NCBI GenBank assembly: GCA_031267775.1
Contig: JAIRYL010000186.1
Coordinates: forward strand, 1 to 44,545
Direction of reading: 5' to 3'
DNA: 44,545 nt
Origin: Tannerellaceae bacterium
GTDB taxonomy: Bacteria; Bacteroidota; Bacteroidia; Bacteroidales; Tannerellaceae
This document shows positions 28,818-38,808 of this stretch, piece by piece. A program made the translations under genes and the position numbers. Numbering within the stretch: the first letter of the stretch is position 1; every line of letters begins with the position of its first letter. A model generated the notes under the pieces. It was not told where the DNA came from, searched no databases, and saw only the letters and a list, made by a program, of their open reading frames with translations.

Positions 28818-29056
28818 CAGACTGATTTTTTATCTTTACTGTTCTTTAAAATAGCGACTATCATTAATCCAAAACCAATCATACAAACAACAGGCGCCAC
28901 TGCAATCCGGCGCGTACTGAATATCGCCTTGTTAAATGATACGCCTTCTTCAGAGGCGCCGCCGCTCATCAATGCGAAACCGGTAATTATAATTACTACC
29001 GAAATAGCTATCAGTATAAAATTCTCTTTACCAAAAGCAAAATCTTCTTTACTCAT
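28817..29056 (-). CDS. DUF3098-family small membrane protein
   Basis: [28 protein letters not shown]; two TM helices; usual position between ftsX and uppP. Confidence 0.85.
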   Translation of the reverse strand: MSKEDFAFGKENFILIAISVVIIITGFALMSGGASEEGVSFNKAIFSTRRIAVAPVVCMIGFGLMIVAILKNSKDKKSV

Positions 29057-29070
29057 TTGTTATCTATGTT

Positions 29071-29949
29071 TTATATATAATACATTTTATCAGCGTCCAT
29101 GCACAGATACTTGTTTACAGCCAGGCAGGTAGCTATTACCGAAAGCAGAATACCCATTACAAAGACAGAAAGAAATACAAGTATCAGTAAGCCTGTATCA
29201 AGCATTTGCACAAATCCGGACAATTCGTTTTGCAGATAGTATAACGCGCCGATGAGCATCAATATTGCCAGCATGGAAGCTAAAATACCGCTTATGATAT
29301 TGTAATTGATAAATGGACGGCGGATAAAATCGGCAGTAGCTCCAACTAATTGCATCGTGTGAATAAGGAATCGCTTGGAGTATATCAGCAGTCGAATCGT
29401 ATTACTGATAAGCACAAATGAAATGATCATGAGTATAAGCGCCAGCGTAAGCAATACAACGCTTACCCGCGTCACATTTTCGTTTACGATCTGCATCATG
29501 TCTTTACGGTATAAAAGCTCTGAAACGGAAGTATATGATTTGATTTTTCGCTCTATAACCTGCAAACTGTCCTGATTGGCGTATTCGGAATAAAGTTTAA
29601 CTTCAATAGACGCCTGCAGCGGGTTATAACCGAGAAAAACTTCGGGATTTTCGCCAAGTTCTTCTTCCAATTCCTTTGCAGCCTGTTCTTTCGAGATATA
29701 TTCGGTAGACTTAATGAAGGCCAGATTGTTGAGGTTTTTCTGGATACGTTTGATTTCAGCTTCGTTTTGTTCGTCTTTTAATATTACTGAAAAAGAGATG
29801 TTTTCTTTTACATAGTTAGATAATTTATTCCCCAACAGGCCTAATAAAAAAATCAGTCCTAAAAGAAAAAGAACTAAAGCAATACTAATCGTGGAAGTAA
29901 AACGGGAATTAAAAAAAGAAACGGAATTAACCTTTTTATTTTCAGCCAT
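29071..29949 (-). CDS. ftsX: Cell division permease-like protein FtsX
   Basis: STISIALVLFLLG, YISKEQA, LGYNPL, LISNTIRLLIYSKRFLIHTMQLVGAT; start taken at ATG29949. Confidence 0.92.
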   Translation of the reverse strand: MAENKKVNSVSFFNSRFTSTISIALVLFLLGLIFLLGLLGNKLSNYVKENISFSVILKDEQNEAEIKRIQKNLNNLAFIKSTEYISKEQAAKELEEELGENPEVFLGYNPLQASIEVKLYSEYANQDSLQVIERKIKSYTSVSELLYRKDMMQIVNENVTRVSVVLLTLALILMIISFVLISNTIRLLIYSKRFLIHTMQLVGATADFIRRPFINYNIISGILASMLAILMLIGALYYLQNELSGFVQMLDTGLLILVFLSVFVMGILLSVIATCLAVNKYLCMDADKMYYI

Positions 29950-30193
29950 CAGACGTATGCTATAATTACTGTTAAACAAATCAAAGAAACTTGCAGGGGT
30001 ATAAATCCCCCAAATTTTTGCAAAAGAACGAACTATTTATGTAAATACCTATTGTTTTAATTTATTTAACCAATTCAGTAATCGGAAATTAGGAAAAAAA
30101 ACGGCGTATACTGCCTTCCCGCACTTTTAGAGCGTAATGAGAACATATAAATCAACGCTTTTATGGATACAACCATATTCATTTACTTTTTTC

Positions 30194-30224
30194 TTTGCAA
30201 AATGATTGAATTTGTCTTTCTTTG
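30194..30224 (+). promoter_or_regulatory. Putative promoter of the ssb-gldE-gldD operon
   Basis: TTTG (30194-97), 19-nt spacer, TTTCTTTG (30217-24; one mismatch). Confidence 0.45.
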
Positions 30225-30250
30225 CGTATCAAAATTTAGGAGAACAGATT

Positions 30251-30721
30251 ATGTCATTGAATAAGGCGATATTGATAGGGAATGTGGGGAAAGACCCCGA
30301 TGTGCGTTATTTTGACAGCGGCGCGGCGGTAGCGAATTTTTCGTTGGCTACCACAGACAAAGGATATACGTTGGCCAACGGCACGATTGTGCCCGACCGT
30401 ACGGAATGGCATTCTATCGTTGTCCGCCGCGAGCAGGTAGCCTTTGTCGAAAAATGGGTGAAAAAAGGATCCAGTCTGTATGTGGAAGGGAAAATCCGCA
30501 CCCGCACGTACGACGATCAAGGAGGCATTAAGCGTTATCTGACAGAAATCCATGCCGACAGAGTAGAGTTTTTTAGCTTTGGCAGGCGCGAAGACGGACA
30601 GACTAATACTGCGCAGACAGCCCGTCCGGTTCAGCAGGCGACAGACGCCGCTCCGCATACGCAGTCTTCCCAACCCGTTCAACCTTTGGAAACGAATGAC
30701 GCAGACGACCTCCCGTTCTGA
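30251..30721 (+). CDS. ssb: Single-stranded DNA-binding protein
   Basis: LNKAILIGNVGKDP, TEWH, YVEGKIRTR, C-terminal DDLPF. Confidence 0.97.
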   Translation: MSLNKAILIGNVGKDPDVRYFDSGAAVANFSLATTDKGYTLANGTIVPDRTEWHSIVVRREQVAFVEKWVKKGSSLYVEGKIRTRTYDDQGGIKRYLTEIHADRVEFFSFGRREDGQTNTAQTARPVQQATDAAPHTQSSQPVQPLETNDADDLPF

Positions 30722-30746
30722 TATTGTTTAACTAATATAGTTCGCT

Positions 30747-31739
30747 TTGGACTCAGACTGTTTTTTATCGGGTTTATTTGATCAGGCTACCATACAACCG
30801 CTACTGGTAGGGCTAATAACAGGCTTGTGTATTGCTGTACTGTTATATAAAATGAAGATTGTTTACCGTCCGTTATCAAAATTATGGGTTGCCTCAACTT
30901 CTATAATAAGTAAAGCGTTGGCAAAGAAAGGACATGAAGTATCTGTTGATGAATTATCCAGGGCGTCTGAGTTAACGCCGAAAGAGACGCCGGAAGAAAA
31001 AGAAATGCTGGAAGAAATCATCAAGTTTTATAATAAGACCGCCAATGAAATTATGACTTCCCGTTTGGATGTGGAGGATATCGAAATACAGACTCCTTTT
31101 CGCGATGTGATACAGGTTATTATTGATTCGGGCTATTCGCGTATTCCTGTTTTTGCCGAAACGGAAGATAATATCAAGGGAATCCTTTATATAAAAGATT
31201 TGCTGCCTTATATTGATAAGCCGGATACCTTTCGCTGGCAAAGCTTGATACGTCCGGCATATTTTGTGCCGGAAACAAAAAAGATAGACGATTTACTGGA
31301 GGAATTTCGCACAAATAAAATCCACATGGCGATTGTAGTCGACGAATTTGGCGGAACATCCGGTATTGTAACTATGGAAGATATTTTGGAGGAAATAGTG
31401 GGCGATATATCCGATGAATATGACGAAGAAGAACGGCAGTTTATCCGTCTGGCTGACGGCAGCCTGATATTTGAAGCTAAAATTCCATTAATAGACTTTT
31501 TCCGCGTGATTGATTGCGACCCGTCTGAATTTGAAGAATTAACGGATGACGTAGAAACGTTGGCCGGCCTGTTGCTTGAACTAAAAGGGGATTTTCCCAA
31601 ACGGCAAGAAATCATTGAATACAATGATTATCGTTTCCAAATATTGGAAGTAGACAATCGACGTATTCAAAAGGTTAAGTTTACAAAAATTTCCGATTCG
31701 AAAAAAGAAGAAAGTCAACGATGCCTAAACGGACAATAA
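30747..31739 (+). CDS. gldE: GldE/CorC-like CBS-pair + CorC domain protein, membrane (DUF21/CNNM) domain apparently mostly deleted
   Basis: GYSRIPV, KGILYIKDLL, HMAIVVDEFGGTSGIVTMEDILEEIVG, ETLAGLL; lies between ssb and gldD; only one hydrophobic segment. Confidence 0.8.
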   Translation: MDSDCFLSGLFDQATIQPLLVGLITGLCIAVLLYKMKIVYRPLSKLWVASTSIISKALAKKGHEVSVDELSRASELTPKETPEEKEMLEEIIKFYNKTANEIMTSRLDVEDIEIQTPFRDVIQVIIDSGYSRIPVFAETEDNIKGILYIKDLLPYIDKPDTFRWQSLIRPAYFVPETKKIDDLLEEFRTNKIHMAIVVDEFGGTSGIVTMEDILEEIVGDISDEYDEEERQFIRLADGSLIFEAKIPLIDFFRVIDCDPSEFEELTDDVETLAGLLLELKGDFPKRQEIIEYNDYRFQILEVDNRRIQKVKFTKISDSKKEESQRCLNGQ

Positions 31740-32293
31740 TATCTGCCTTGTTGGCGGGCGTATGCTTATCCTGCTCGGAGTACGTTCCAAAACCGCGGGG
31801 CTATTTTCGGATGGAACCGCCTGCTCCATCTTATCAGAAACTGCCGCTGAATGAATTACCTTATCTGTTTAATATATCCTCCTTATCAGAAATAGAACTT
31901 CCGCCTGTCGGCGATCCGGCAGGATGGATTAATTTGTCTTATCCCTCATTGGGCGCAAAAATCTATTGCAGCTACCTGGCCATACAGCCTTCTACGCTAA
32001 GCGTTGCCATGGAAGAATCGCGCAAGTTCGTAGTCAGACAGTCGCAAGACGCTCATGCCATTGCAGAGCAAGCATACAATAACCCTGAGAAACGGGTTTA
32101 CGCCTGTTTATATCTATTGGATGGAGCGTCTGTTTCGCCTGTCCAGTTTACGCTGACAGACAGTATGTCTAACTTCTTTAGAGGTTCTTTGTTATATAAC
32201 AGCCGGCCTCCGGATGGCGATTCAATTGCTCCGGTTACGCAGTATTTGAAAGACGATATTATTGAACTTATCCAGTCTTTTAATTGGAAATAG
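31721..32293 (+). CDS. gldD: GldD-like lipoprotein
   Basis: Lipobox CLSC, PKPRGYFR, SPVQFTLTDS..FFRGSL, DSIAPV. Confidence 0.88.
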   Translation: MPKRTIISALLAGVCLSCSEYVPKPRGYFRMEPPAPSYQKLPLNELPYLFNISSLSEIELPPVGDPAGWINLSYPSLGAKIYCSYLAIQPSTLSVAMEESRKFVVRQSQDAHAIAEQAYNNPEKRVYACLYLLDGASVSPVQFTLTDSMSNFFRGSLLYNSRPPDGDSIAPVTQYLKDDIIELIQSFNWK

Positions 32294-32295
32294 CA

Positions 32296-32916
32296 ATGCC
32301 TCTATATTTAAAGCAGATAGTTCCTCTCATGGGGGTTTGGAAAGTAAATGAAAGCGCTGATGAATTACTTTCTCTGCTTACCCAAACAGACAGATACCTT
32401 CTTTTTCTGGAGAAAATGCGCACGGAAAACAGAAAAACGGAATGGCTGGCTGTTCGCGTATTGCTGAAAGAGTTGTTGGGCAAAGAAACGGTTATTGCTT
32501 ATCATGATAATGGCGCGCCTTATCTGCCCGAAAGAGATTTATTTATAAGTATATCTCACACAAAAGGATATGTGGCTGTATTGTTGTTGGATAAACCTCC
32601 GGCCGGCATTGATATTGAGTATCGGGCCAATCGTATACTGAAAGTACGCAGCCGTTTTATAAGTCCTGAAGAAGATAGCCGGATAGACCCGGCCAATGAA
32701 ACAGACCATTTGCTTATCTATTGGTGTGCAAAAGAAGCGTTATTTAAAATGATGGGACAGCATGAGGTAGATTTTGCAAAGCATATACATATAGCTCCGT
32801 TCCCGTATAAAAAATCAGGCGACTTGGCGATTACGGAAACGCGTACATCCCAAGCCGCTTCTTATTTGTTTACTTATAGAGTAGATACTGATTTCGTACT
32901 TGTTTTTATGAAATAA
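32296..32916 (+). CDS. 4'-phosphopantetheinyl transferase superfamily protein
   Basis: GAPYL, ISISHT, GIDIE, WCAKEALFK. Confidence 0.88.
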   Translation: MPLYLKQIVPLMGVWKVNESADELLSLLTQTDRYLLFLEKMRTENRKTEWLAVRVLLKELLGKETVIAYHDNGAPYLPERDLFISISHTKGYVAVLLLDKPPAGIDIEYRANRILKVRSRFISPEEDSRIDPANETDHLLIYWCAKEALFKMMGQHEVDFAKHIHIAPFPYKKSGDLAITETRTSQAASYLFTYRVDTDFVLVFMK

Positions 32917-32941
32917 CCGGAGGTGAAAATTAATCCATACA

Positions 32942-34036
32942 TTACAGCCATTGTTTCATAAAGTCATTCATTTTTTCCATATTTGCTTCAAGGCTTTGAA
33001 GAAGCTTGAACTGCGCTTTTGTACGCTGCAAATTATGGCGGGGATGATGAACTTTATAATAGGTGTCGCCATTGATGTAATCCGTCAGGAAACGAACCGT
33101 TTGCATATAGGTAAGCAAACGTCCTCCATACGGAAGGAGACTGATTTCGAGCGGCGTTAAAAATGATTGGGCTGTTTCCATATATCCGCGGGTATATGCC
33201 CGGAAAATATCCATGTCAACATTTACATTGTCCGGGTTTTCGTCGTCTTCCGCTCCTGTATTAGCGCCTGTACGGATAAAGTCGCCAATGTCGGATAATA
33301 CAAACCCGGGCATTACCGTATCCAAATCAATTACGCACAGTACTTTTCCATCTTCGTCAAACAAAACGTTATTCACCTTGGTATCGCAGTGATTAATCCG
33401 TTTTCTCAATTTGCCTTCACGGTATAAATCTTCCTGTATGCACATACTTTTGGCTCTTTTTTCAATCTCGCCAACCAAATCCATTACCTCGTTTAACCGT
33501 CCGGCTACATTTTCTTTACAGGCGTCATAGAATTGTTGAAGGCGAAATTCCATATTATGGAAGTTGGGTATCGTTTCTCCCAGTACGCCTTCGGGTATGT
33601 CTGCAAGCATCGATTGAAAACTCCCGAAAGCTTTTCCCGCTTCGTATGATAATTCGGGATTTACTTCTTCATAACTCTTACTGCGAGCAATAAAAAGGCA
33701 TACGCGCCAGTAACTGTCTCCGTCAAAGTAATAATATTTACCGTCTTTGGCAGGCAGAAAGGTCAATACATTCCGGTCGATATGGGTTTCGCCGGTTTCC
33801 TCCAGTTTTTTACGAATATGAGAAGTTACAATATGGATATTGTTTTGCAGCATATCTACATTCGTGAATATATGATGATTAATACGTTGCAGAATGTATT
33901 TAGCTTCCCCTTTATCTGTTGTTACTTTTAGCGTATCATTGATATGTCCATTTCCGAATGGCGTTGCCGATACCGCTTTGTCTGTTAATTCAAATTGTTC
34001 AAGAATGTGTAATAACTGCTCTGTTGTCTTTGTCAT
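32942..34036 (-). CDS. APH/choline kinase-like phosphotransferase (N-acetylhexosamine-1-kinase-like)
   Basis: GNGHINDT, ILQRIN, HCDTKVNN, VIDLDTVMPG, RFLTDYINGDTYY; ATG34036 lies downstream of a -7 element. Confidence 0.85.
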   Translation of the reverse strand: MTKTTEQLLHILEQFELTDKAVSATPFGNGHINDTLKVTTDKGEAKYILQRINHHIFTNVDMLQNNIHIVTSHIRKKLEETGETHIDRNVLTFLPAKDGKYYYFDGDSYWRVCLFIARSKSYEEVNPELSYEAGKAFGSFQSMLADIPEGVLGETIPNFHNMEFRLQQFYDACKENVAGRLNEVMDLVGEIEKRAKSMCIQEDLYREGKLRKRINHCDTKVNNVLFDEDGKVLCVIDLDTVMPGFVLSDIGDFIRTGANTGAEDDENPDNVNVDMDIFRAYTRGYMETAQSFLTPLEISLLPYGGRLLTYMQTVRFLTDYINGDTYYKVHHPRHNLQRTKAQFKLLQSLEANMEKMNDFMKQWL

Positions 34037-34067
34037 GGCATTTGTGTTTAAATGAAGTAAAAGGTTA

Positions 34068-34075
34068 CAAATATA
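34068..34075 (-). promoter_or_regulatory. -7 element of the phosphotransferase gene
   Basis: Minus-strand TATATTTG 32 nt before ATG34036. Confidence 0.6.
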
Positions 34076-34452
34076 ACATCCGCCAAACAATTTCACCCCA
34101 TTGCCGTTGAACAAATTTAGACGAAAATCATATATCAATGATACTTAGCGGGTTAAATTACAGATATTAAATTCTTCCTGTTTCGCCTGTCTAACATTTA
34201 TGCCCGAACACAGTGTTTTTACCGGCGAGCCATTGGAGGGCGATGCTTACAATAGAATAGAAAAGTCCCTCGCAATAAAACATAAACAACTTAATATGAA
34301 ATCGAATCGATAGAAGAGAAAGAGAGTTGGCGGGAAGCCGCCTGCGCAGAGCATTTCAATTTTTTCACAATCTATACCGTTACAACTGTTAAAAACGCTC
34401 CCCGCCACTTACAGATAAGTAAGTTACCGCTAAGGTACAAATTTTTCAAAGT

Positions 34453-34494
34453 CAAAGGATCCACAAAGGATCTACAAAGGATCTACAAAGGATC
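34453..34494. repeat. 11-nt tandem repeat, ~3.8 copies
   Basis: CAAAGGATCCA CAAAGGATCTA CAAAGGATCTA CAAAGGATC. Confidence 0.92.
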
Positions 34495-34925
34495 ATGCTA
34501 CCTGTAAGCAAGCCACAGGTTATGGCTTTACAAAACGACGCCTGCCAAACTTGCAAAAAAACCATCCGGAAACCGCCCCCGTACAGCCCCGTTGCCGCCT
34601 AATCGCTCCTGACGCTTTGATACCGTTTCAAACAAAAACCAACCAATCTGTCAAAAAGCGAATGTCTCGGAAATTATAAACAGTTATGAATATTTATGTA
34701 GATTTAACTGGAAAACCGCCCCGAAAGCCCGGAATTTACATATTGATACAATTCAGGTTTCTTAACAGAATAAAACATATCCCTGCCGGCTATTCATCTA
34801 ACCTACACTGTACTCCCTTCTCAAAAAAACGCAGGGGGGCAGTGATGAAGCTATGATTTCAGGTTTTAGACGCCGGCGCCTCTGAAAACATATTCGCCTC
34901 AGATGAAACATACGGGCAATTTTAT

Positions 34926-34933
34926 TATCTTTG
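34926..34933 (+). promoter_or_regulatory. -7 element upstream of the M24 peptidase
   Basis: TATCTTTG exact match. Confidence 0.55.
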
Positions 34934-34976
34934 ATGTTCGATAAGGAGATATTCATACTAATAGAATGCCAAAGGG

Positions 34977-36149
34977 ATGATAAAAAAGATGTTAGCCGAC
35001 GATTTACGGTTAAAATGGAACCGGGTGCAGCAGGCAATGAAGGCAACGGGCGCGGATGGATGTCTGTTGTCTATAGACGTTAATTTATATTATATGGCCG
35101 GGCGTATCTTTAGCGGTTATTTTTATTTGCCGGCAGACGGAGATCCTTTCTTTTTTGTTAAACGCCCAAACGGATTAAGCGACGAACAAGTGGTATATAT
35201 CCGCAAGCCCGAACAAATAACGGATGCTTTTGCCGAAAGAGGAATAAAGAAACCGGAAAAACTATTGCTCGAAGCGGATGAATTAACTTATAATGAATAC
35301 ATGCGCCTGTTAGCCATATTCAATCCGAAAGAAACGGCAAACGCAACGACCCTTATGCGTACCTTGCGCAGTATTAAAACGCCTTGGGAAATAGAGCAGT
35401 TCCGAATATCGGCCAAACAGCACGACAAAACGTATGCGGAGATACCTTCCTGTTATCGTCCGGACATGACAGACCTTGAGTTTCAATACGAAATAGAAAA
35501 ACGAATGCGGCAAAACGGTTCTATCGGTTTGTTTCGTTCATTCGGGACAAATATGGATATATTCATGGGCAGTGTTTTAGCCGGCGATAATGCCGCGACG
35601 CCTTCGCCTTTTGATTTTGCTTTGGGAGGCGAAGGGGTTATCTCGCTGCCGCTTGGCGCTAACGGGACTGCCTTGAAAAACGGAATGGCCATTATGGTAG
35701 ATATGGCAGGCAACTATACCGCTTATATAACGGATATGACGCGCGTCTTCTCCGTTGGCAAACTGCCGGAACAGGCCTGTAAAGCGCATAGGGTATCTAT
35801 TTGTATCCAACAGGAAATAGAACGTATGGCCAAACCCGGAACAGCTTGCTCGGAATTGTACAACCTGTCTCTCCGCATGGCCGAACGGGAAGGGCTGTCG
35901 GCCTGTTTCATGGGAACGGAGCAACAAGCTAAATTTGTTGGCCACGGCGTCGGCATACAGATAAACGAATTGCCGGTACTCGCCCCGCGTTCAAAGGAAC
36001 GGCTTGCGCCGAATATGGTCTTTGCCCTGGAACCCAAATTTGTAATTCCCGGCGTTGGGGCCGTTGGTATAGAGAACAGTTTCCGGGTTACCGAATCGGG
36101 CCTTGAAAAATTAACGCTCGCTGAAGAAAACATTATCCAATTATGCTAA
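34977..36149 (+). CDS. Xaa-Pro peptidase family (M24) protein
   Basis: LRSIKTPWEI, VDMAG..YITDMTR, GHGVGIQINELP, ALEPK, GIEN. Confidence 0.9.
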   Translation: MIKKMLADDLRLKWNRVQQAMKATGADGCLLSIDVNLYYMAGRIFSGYFYLPADGDPFFFVKRPNGLSDEQVVYIRKPEQITDAFAERGIKKPEKLLLEADELTYNEYMRLLAIFNPKETANATTLMRTLRSIKTPWEIEQFRISAKQHDKTYAEIPSCYRPDMTDLEFQYEIEKRMRQNGSIGLFRSFGTNMDIFMGSVLAGDNAATPSPFDFALGGEGVISLPLGANGTALKNGMAIMVDMAGNYTAYITDMTRVFSVGKLPEQACKAHRVSICIQQEIERMAKPGTACSELYNLSLRMAEREGLSACFMGTEQQAKFVGHGVGIQINELPVLAPRSKERLAPNMVFALEPKFVIPGVGAVGIENSFRVTESGLEKLTLAEENIIQLC

Positions 36150-36175
36150 TTAACACAAACATAAATCAATAACGC

Positions 36176-37873
36176 ATGAATAAGGCAATAACGCTTTTAC
36201 TTTTGTTCGCCCTGTTTATTATGCCGGCAAACGGAGCAAGAAAAACAGGAGAAATTAAACCGGTTAAAAACATCATTCTTATGATTCCGGATGGAACTTC
36301 ATTAGCTACCGTCTCTATCGCTCGATGGTTGCAATGGTACAATAATCCCGAACGGCCCAAACTAAACATCGATCCCTATCTTTGCGGAACCGTGCGCACA
36401 CATTCTTCCAATGCTCCTATCGGAGATTCCGCCCCTACCACGTCGTGCTATATGACCGGTTATCCGAGCCGGACAGGCTATGTTTCTACGTATCCCGAAA
36501 GCGATCCCGACAACGATATCTATCCAACCGATCCGGCGCGCGCTTTTCAACCGCTGACAACCGTATTGGAAGCGGGCAAACTACTGCATAATAAAACCGG
36601 AGGATTAGTCTTTACCTGCGAGTTTCCGCATGCAACTCCGGCCGATTGCTCGGCGCACAGTTACAACCGGGGTAAATATGAGTGGATTGCTCCGCAAATG
36701 GCGCATAATGATTTAAGCGTAGTTATAGGCGGAGGCGTTTCTTTATTATCCGAAGAAGATGAAACGTATCTTGAATCAAATGGATATACCGTTTACGCAA
36801 ATGATTTGAACGGTATGCGGAATGATACGTCCAGCAAAATGTGGGCTTTATATGGCGATCGTGACATGGCGTACGATATCGACCGCGATCCGGCCAAACA
36901 ACCCTCCATAGCAGAAATGACCCGTATCGCTATTGAAAAACTGTCGAAGAATGAAAACGGTTTCTTTCTTATGGTAGAAGGCAGCAAAATAGACTGGGCG
37001 GCACATGGAAACGATCCGGTAGGCATGGCTACCGACTTCCTTGCTTTTGACCAGGCTTGCGGCGTGGCTCTGGAATTTGCGCGCAAAGACGGCGAAACGG
37101 CCGTCGTTATCGCGCCCGATCATGGAAACAGCGGTATCAGTCTGGGCGTGCGTCATTGCGGCGGATACGATAAACTTACGAAAGAACAGCTTTTTCATGC
37201 TTTCTCTCAATTTAAATTAACCGCCGAAGGTTTTGTGGGGAAGTTAAACAGCCAACCGGCTTCGGAAGTGCAGCCTATATTCCGCGAATATGCGGGTTTT
37301 GAATTGAACGAACAAGAGCTTGAAGCCTTATATCATTGCAGCAGTTACAAAAACAGCCCCATCCCCGAAAACGAACGTTCGTCCGAAGGTATCGAGCCGT
37401 CGCTCTATAGCGGATCGCTGAATACGTTCATTTCTAAACTGATCACATCTAAAACATGCTTTGGTTTTACTACCGGAGGCCATACGGGGGAAGAGGTATT
37501 TCTTGCCGGATATCATCCGCAGGGCGATATACCTTTGGGCATGCATACGAATATTGAACTGAATGAATACCTGTGTAATCTTTTTGGTTTTAACAGAGAT
37601 GAACTGGACAGGTTAACCAAGCAAAACTTTGCCAGGCATACGGACGTATTCAAAAACTATACCTGCGAGATTATTCCGGCTAAAGAAGAAAAAGGCTCTC
37701 CTGCGCTGGTTGTAAAGAATAAAAAGAAACAACTGAATATAAAGCCATTTACAAATATCGTGACGGAAGGTAAGAAAGGAGATAAAGAAATCAGGCTCAA
37801 CTCCGTTATTGTTTATGTAGATAAAAACAATACGTTCTACCTGCCGGAACAGGTAGCGGAGTATCTGAAATAA
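36176..37873 (+). CDS. Alkaline phosphatase (PhoA family)
   Basis: NIILMIPDG, DSAP (catalytic Ser), HATPA, FFLMVEGSKIDWAAH, DHGN, GGHTGE; signal peptide. Confidence 0.92.
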   Translation: MNKAITLLLLFALFIMPANGARKTGEIKPVKNIILMIPDGTSLATVSIARWLQWYNNPERPKLNIDPYLCGTVRTHSSNAPIGDSAPTTSCYMTGYPSRTGYVSTYPESDPDNDIYPTDPARAFQPLTTVLEAGKLLHNKTGGLVFTCEFPHATPADCSAHSYNRGKYEWIAPQMAHNDLSVVIGGGVSLLSEEDETYLESNGYTVYANDLNGMRNDTSSKMWALYGDRDMAYDIDRDPAKQPSIAEMTRIAIEKLSKNENGFFLMVEGSKIDWAAHGNDPVGMATDFLAFDQACGVALEFARKDGETAVVIAPDHGNSGISLGVRHCGGYDKLTKEQLFHAFSQFKLTAEGFVGKLNSQPASEVQPIFREYAGFELNEQELEALYHCSSYKNSPIPENERSSEGIEPSLYSGSLNTFISKLITSKTCFGFTTGGHTGEEVFLAGYHPQGDIPLGMHTNIELNEYLCNLFGFNRDELDRLTKQNFARHTDVFKNYTCEIIPAKEEKGSPALVVKNKKKQLNIKPFTNIVTEGKKGDKEIRLNSVIVYVDKNNTFYLPEQVAEYLK

Positions 37874-37882
37874 ATAGAATCT

Positions 37883-38803
37883 ATGAAGAGTAAAAGCTTA
37901 GTTTCCATCGATCAATGCTCCAGAGAAGACATTTTACGTATTCTGGAGAATGCCGCCAAGTTTGAGGCCAATCCAAACAGAACGCTGTTAGACGGTAAGG
38001 TAGCGGCTACCTTATTCTTTGAACCTTCCACCCGCACCCGCCTGAGTTTTGAAACGGCCGTAAACCGGCTGGGCGGCCGCGTTGTCGGTTTTCAGGACGC
38101 CTCTACCACCAGTTCGTCGAAAGGAGAAACGCTTAAAGACACCATCCTCATGGTAAGTAATTATGTAGACCTTATCATTATGAGGCATCATCTGGAAGGC
38201 GCGGCGCGCTATGCTTCGGAGGTAACCGGCATACCGATTATCAATGCCGGAGACGGAGCCAACCAGCATCCTTCGCAAACGTTACTGGATTTGTACTCTA
38301 TACAAAAAACGCAGGGAAAACTGACAAACCTTGCCATTACGATAGTGGGCGATTTGAAATATGGACGTACGGTACATTCGCTGATTGTTGGAATGTCTCA
38401 TTTTAATCCGGCCTTCCATTTTATTGCTCCGGAAGAATTACGTATGCCGGAAGAACTAAAAAACAGTTGCGATAAACTAAACATCCCTTATACGGAACAT
38501 ACAGACTTTACCGAGGAAATCATTAACCAATCGGATATTCTTTATATGACCCGCGTACAGCGTGAACGTTTTACAGATTTGGAAGAATACGAACGGGTAA
38601 AAAACATCTATATTTTGAAGAACGACATGCTAAAAAACAGCAAAAACAACCTTCGTATCTTACATCCGCTACCCCGCGTAAATGAAATAGCGTACGATGT
38701 AGACGATAACCCGAAAGCGTATTTTATTCAGCAGGCACGGAATGGACTGTTTACGCGCGAAGCGATTATTTGTGAAGTTTTAGGTATAAATCATTTAATA
38801 TAA
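37883..38803 (+). CDS. pyrB: Aspartate carbamoyltransferase catalytic subunit
   Basis: [41 protein letters not shown]. Confidence 0.97.
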   Translation: MKSKSLVSIDQCSREDILRILENAAKFEANPNRTLLDGKVAATLFFEPSTRTRLSFETAVNRLGGRVVGFQDASTTSSSKGETLKDTILMVSNYVDLIIMRHHLEGAARYASEVTGIPIINAGDGANQHPSQTLLDLYSIQKTQGKLTNLAITIVGDLKYGRTVHSLIVGMSHFNPAFHFIAPEELRMPEELKNSCDKLNIPYTEHTDFTEEIINQSDILYMTRVQRERFTDLEEYERVKNIYILKNDMLKNSKNNLRILHPLPRVNEIAYDVDDNPKAYFIQQARNGLFTREAIICEVLGINHLI

Positions 38804-38808
38804 AAGCT

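Noticed and set aside
30747-32293. Gliding motility system
   Set aside because: gldD/gldE homologues occur at this locus in non-gliding Bacteroidales and no other gld/spr genes are present.
34453-34494. Possible CRISPR array or plasmid iterons
   Set aside because: Units are only 11 nt, contiguous, without spacers; no cas or rep gene nearby.
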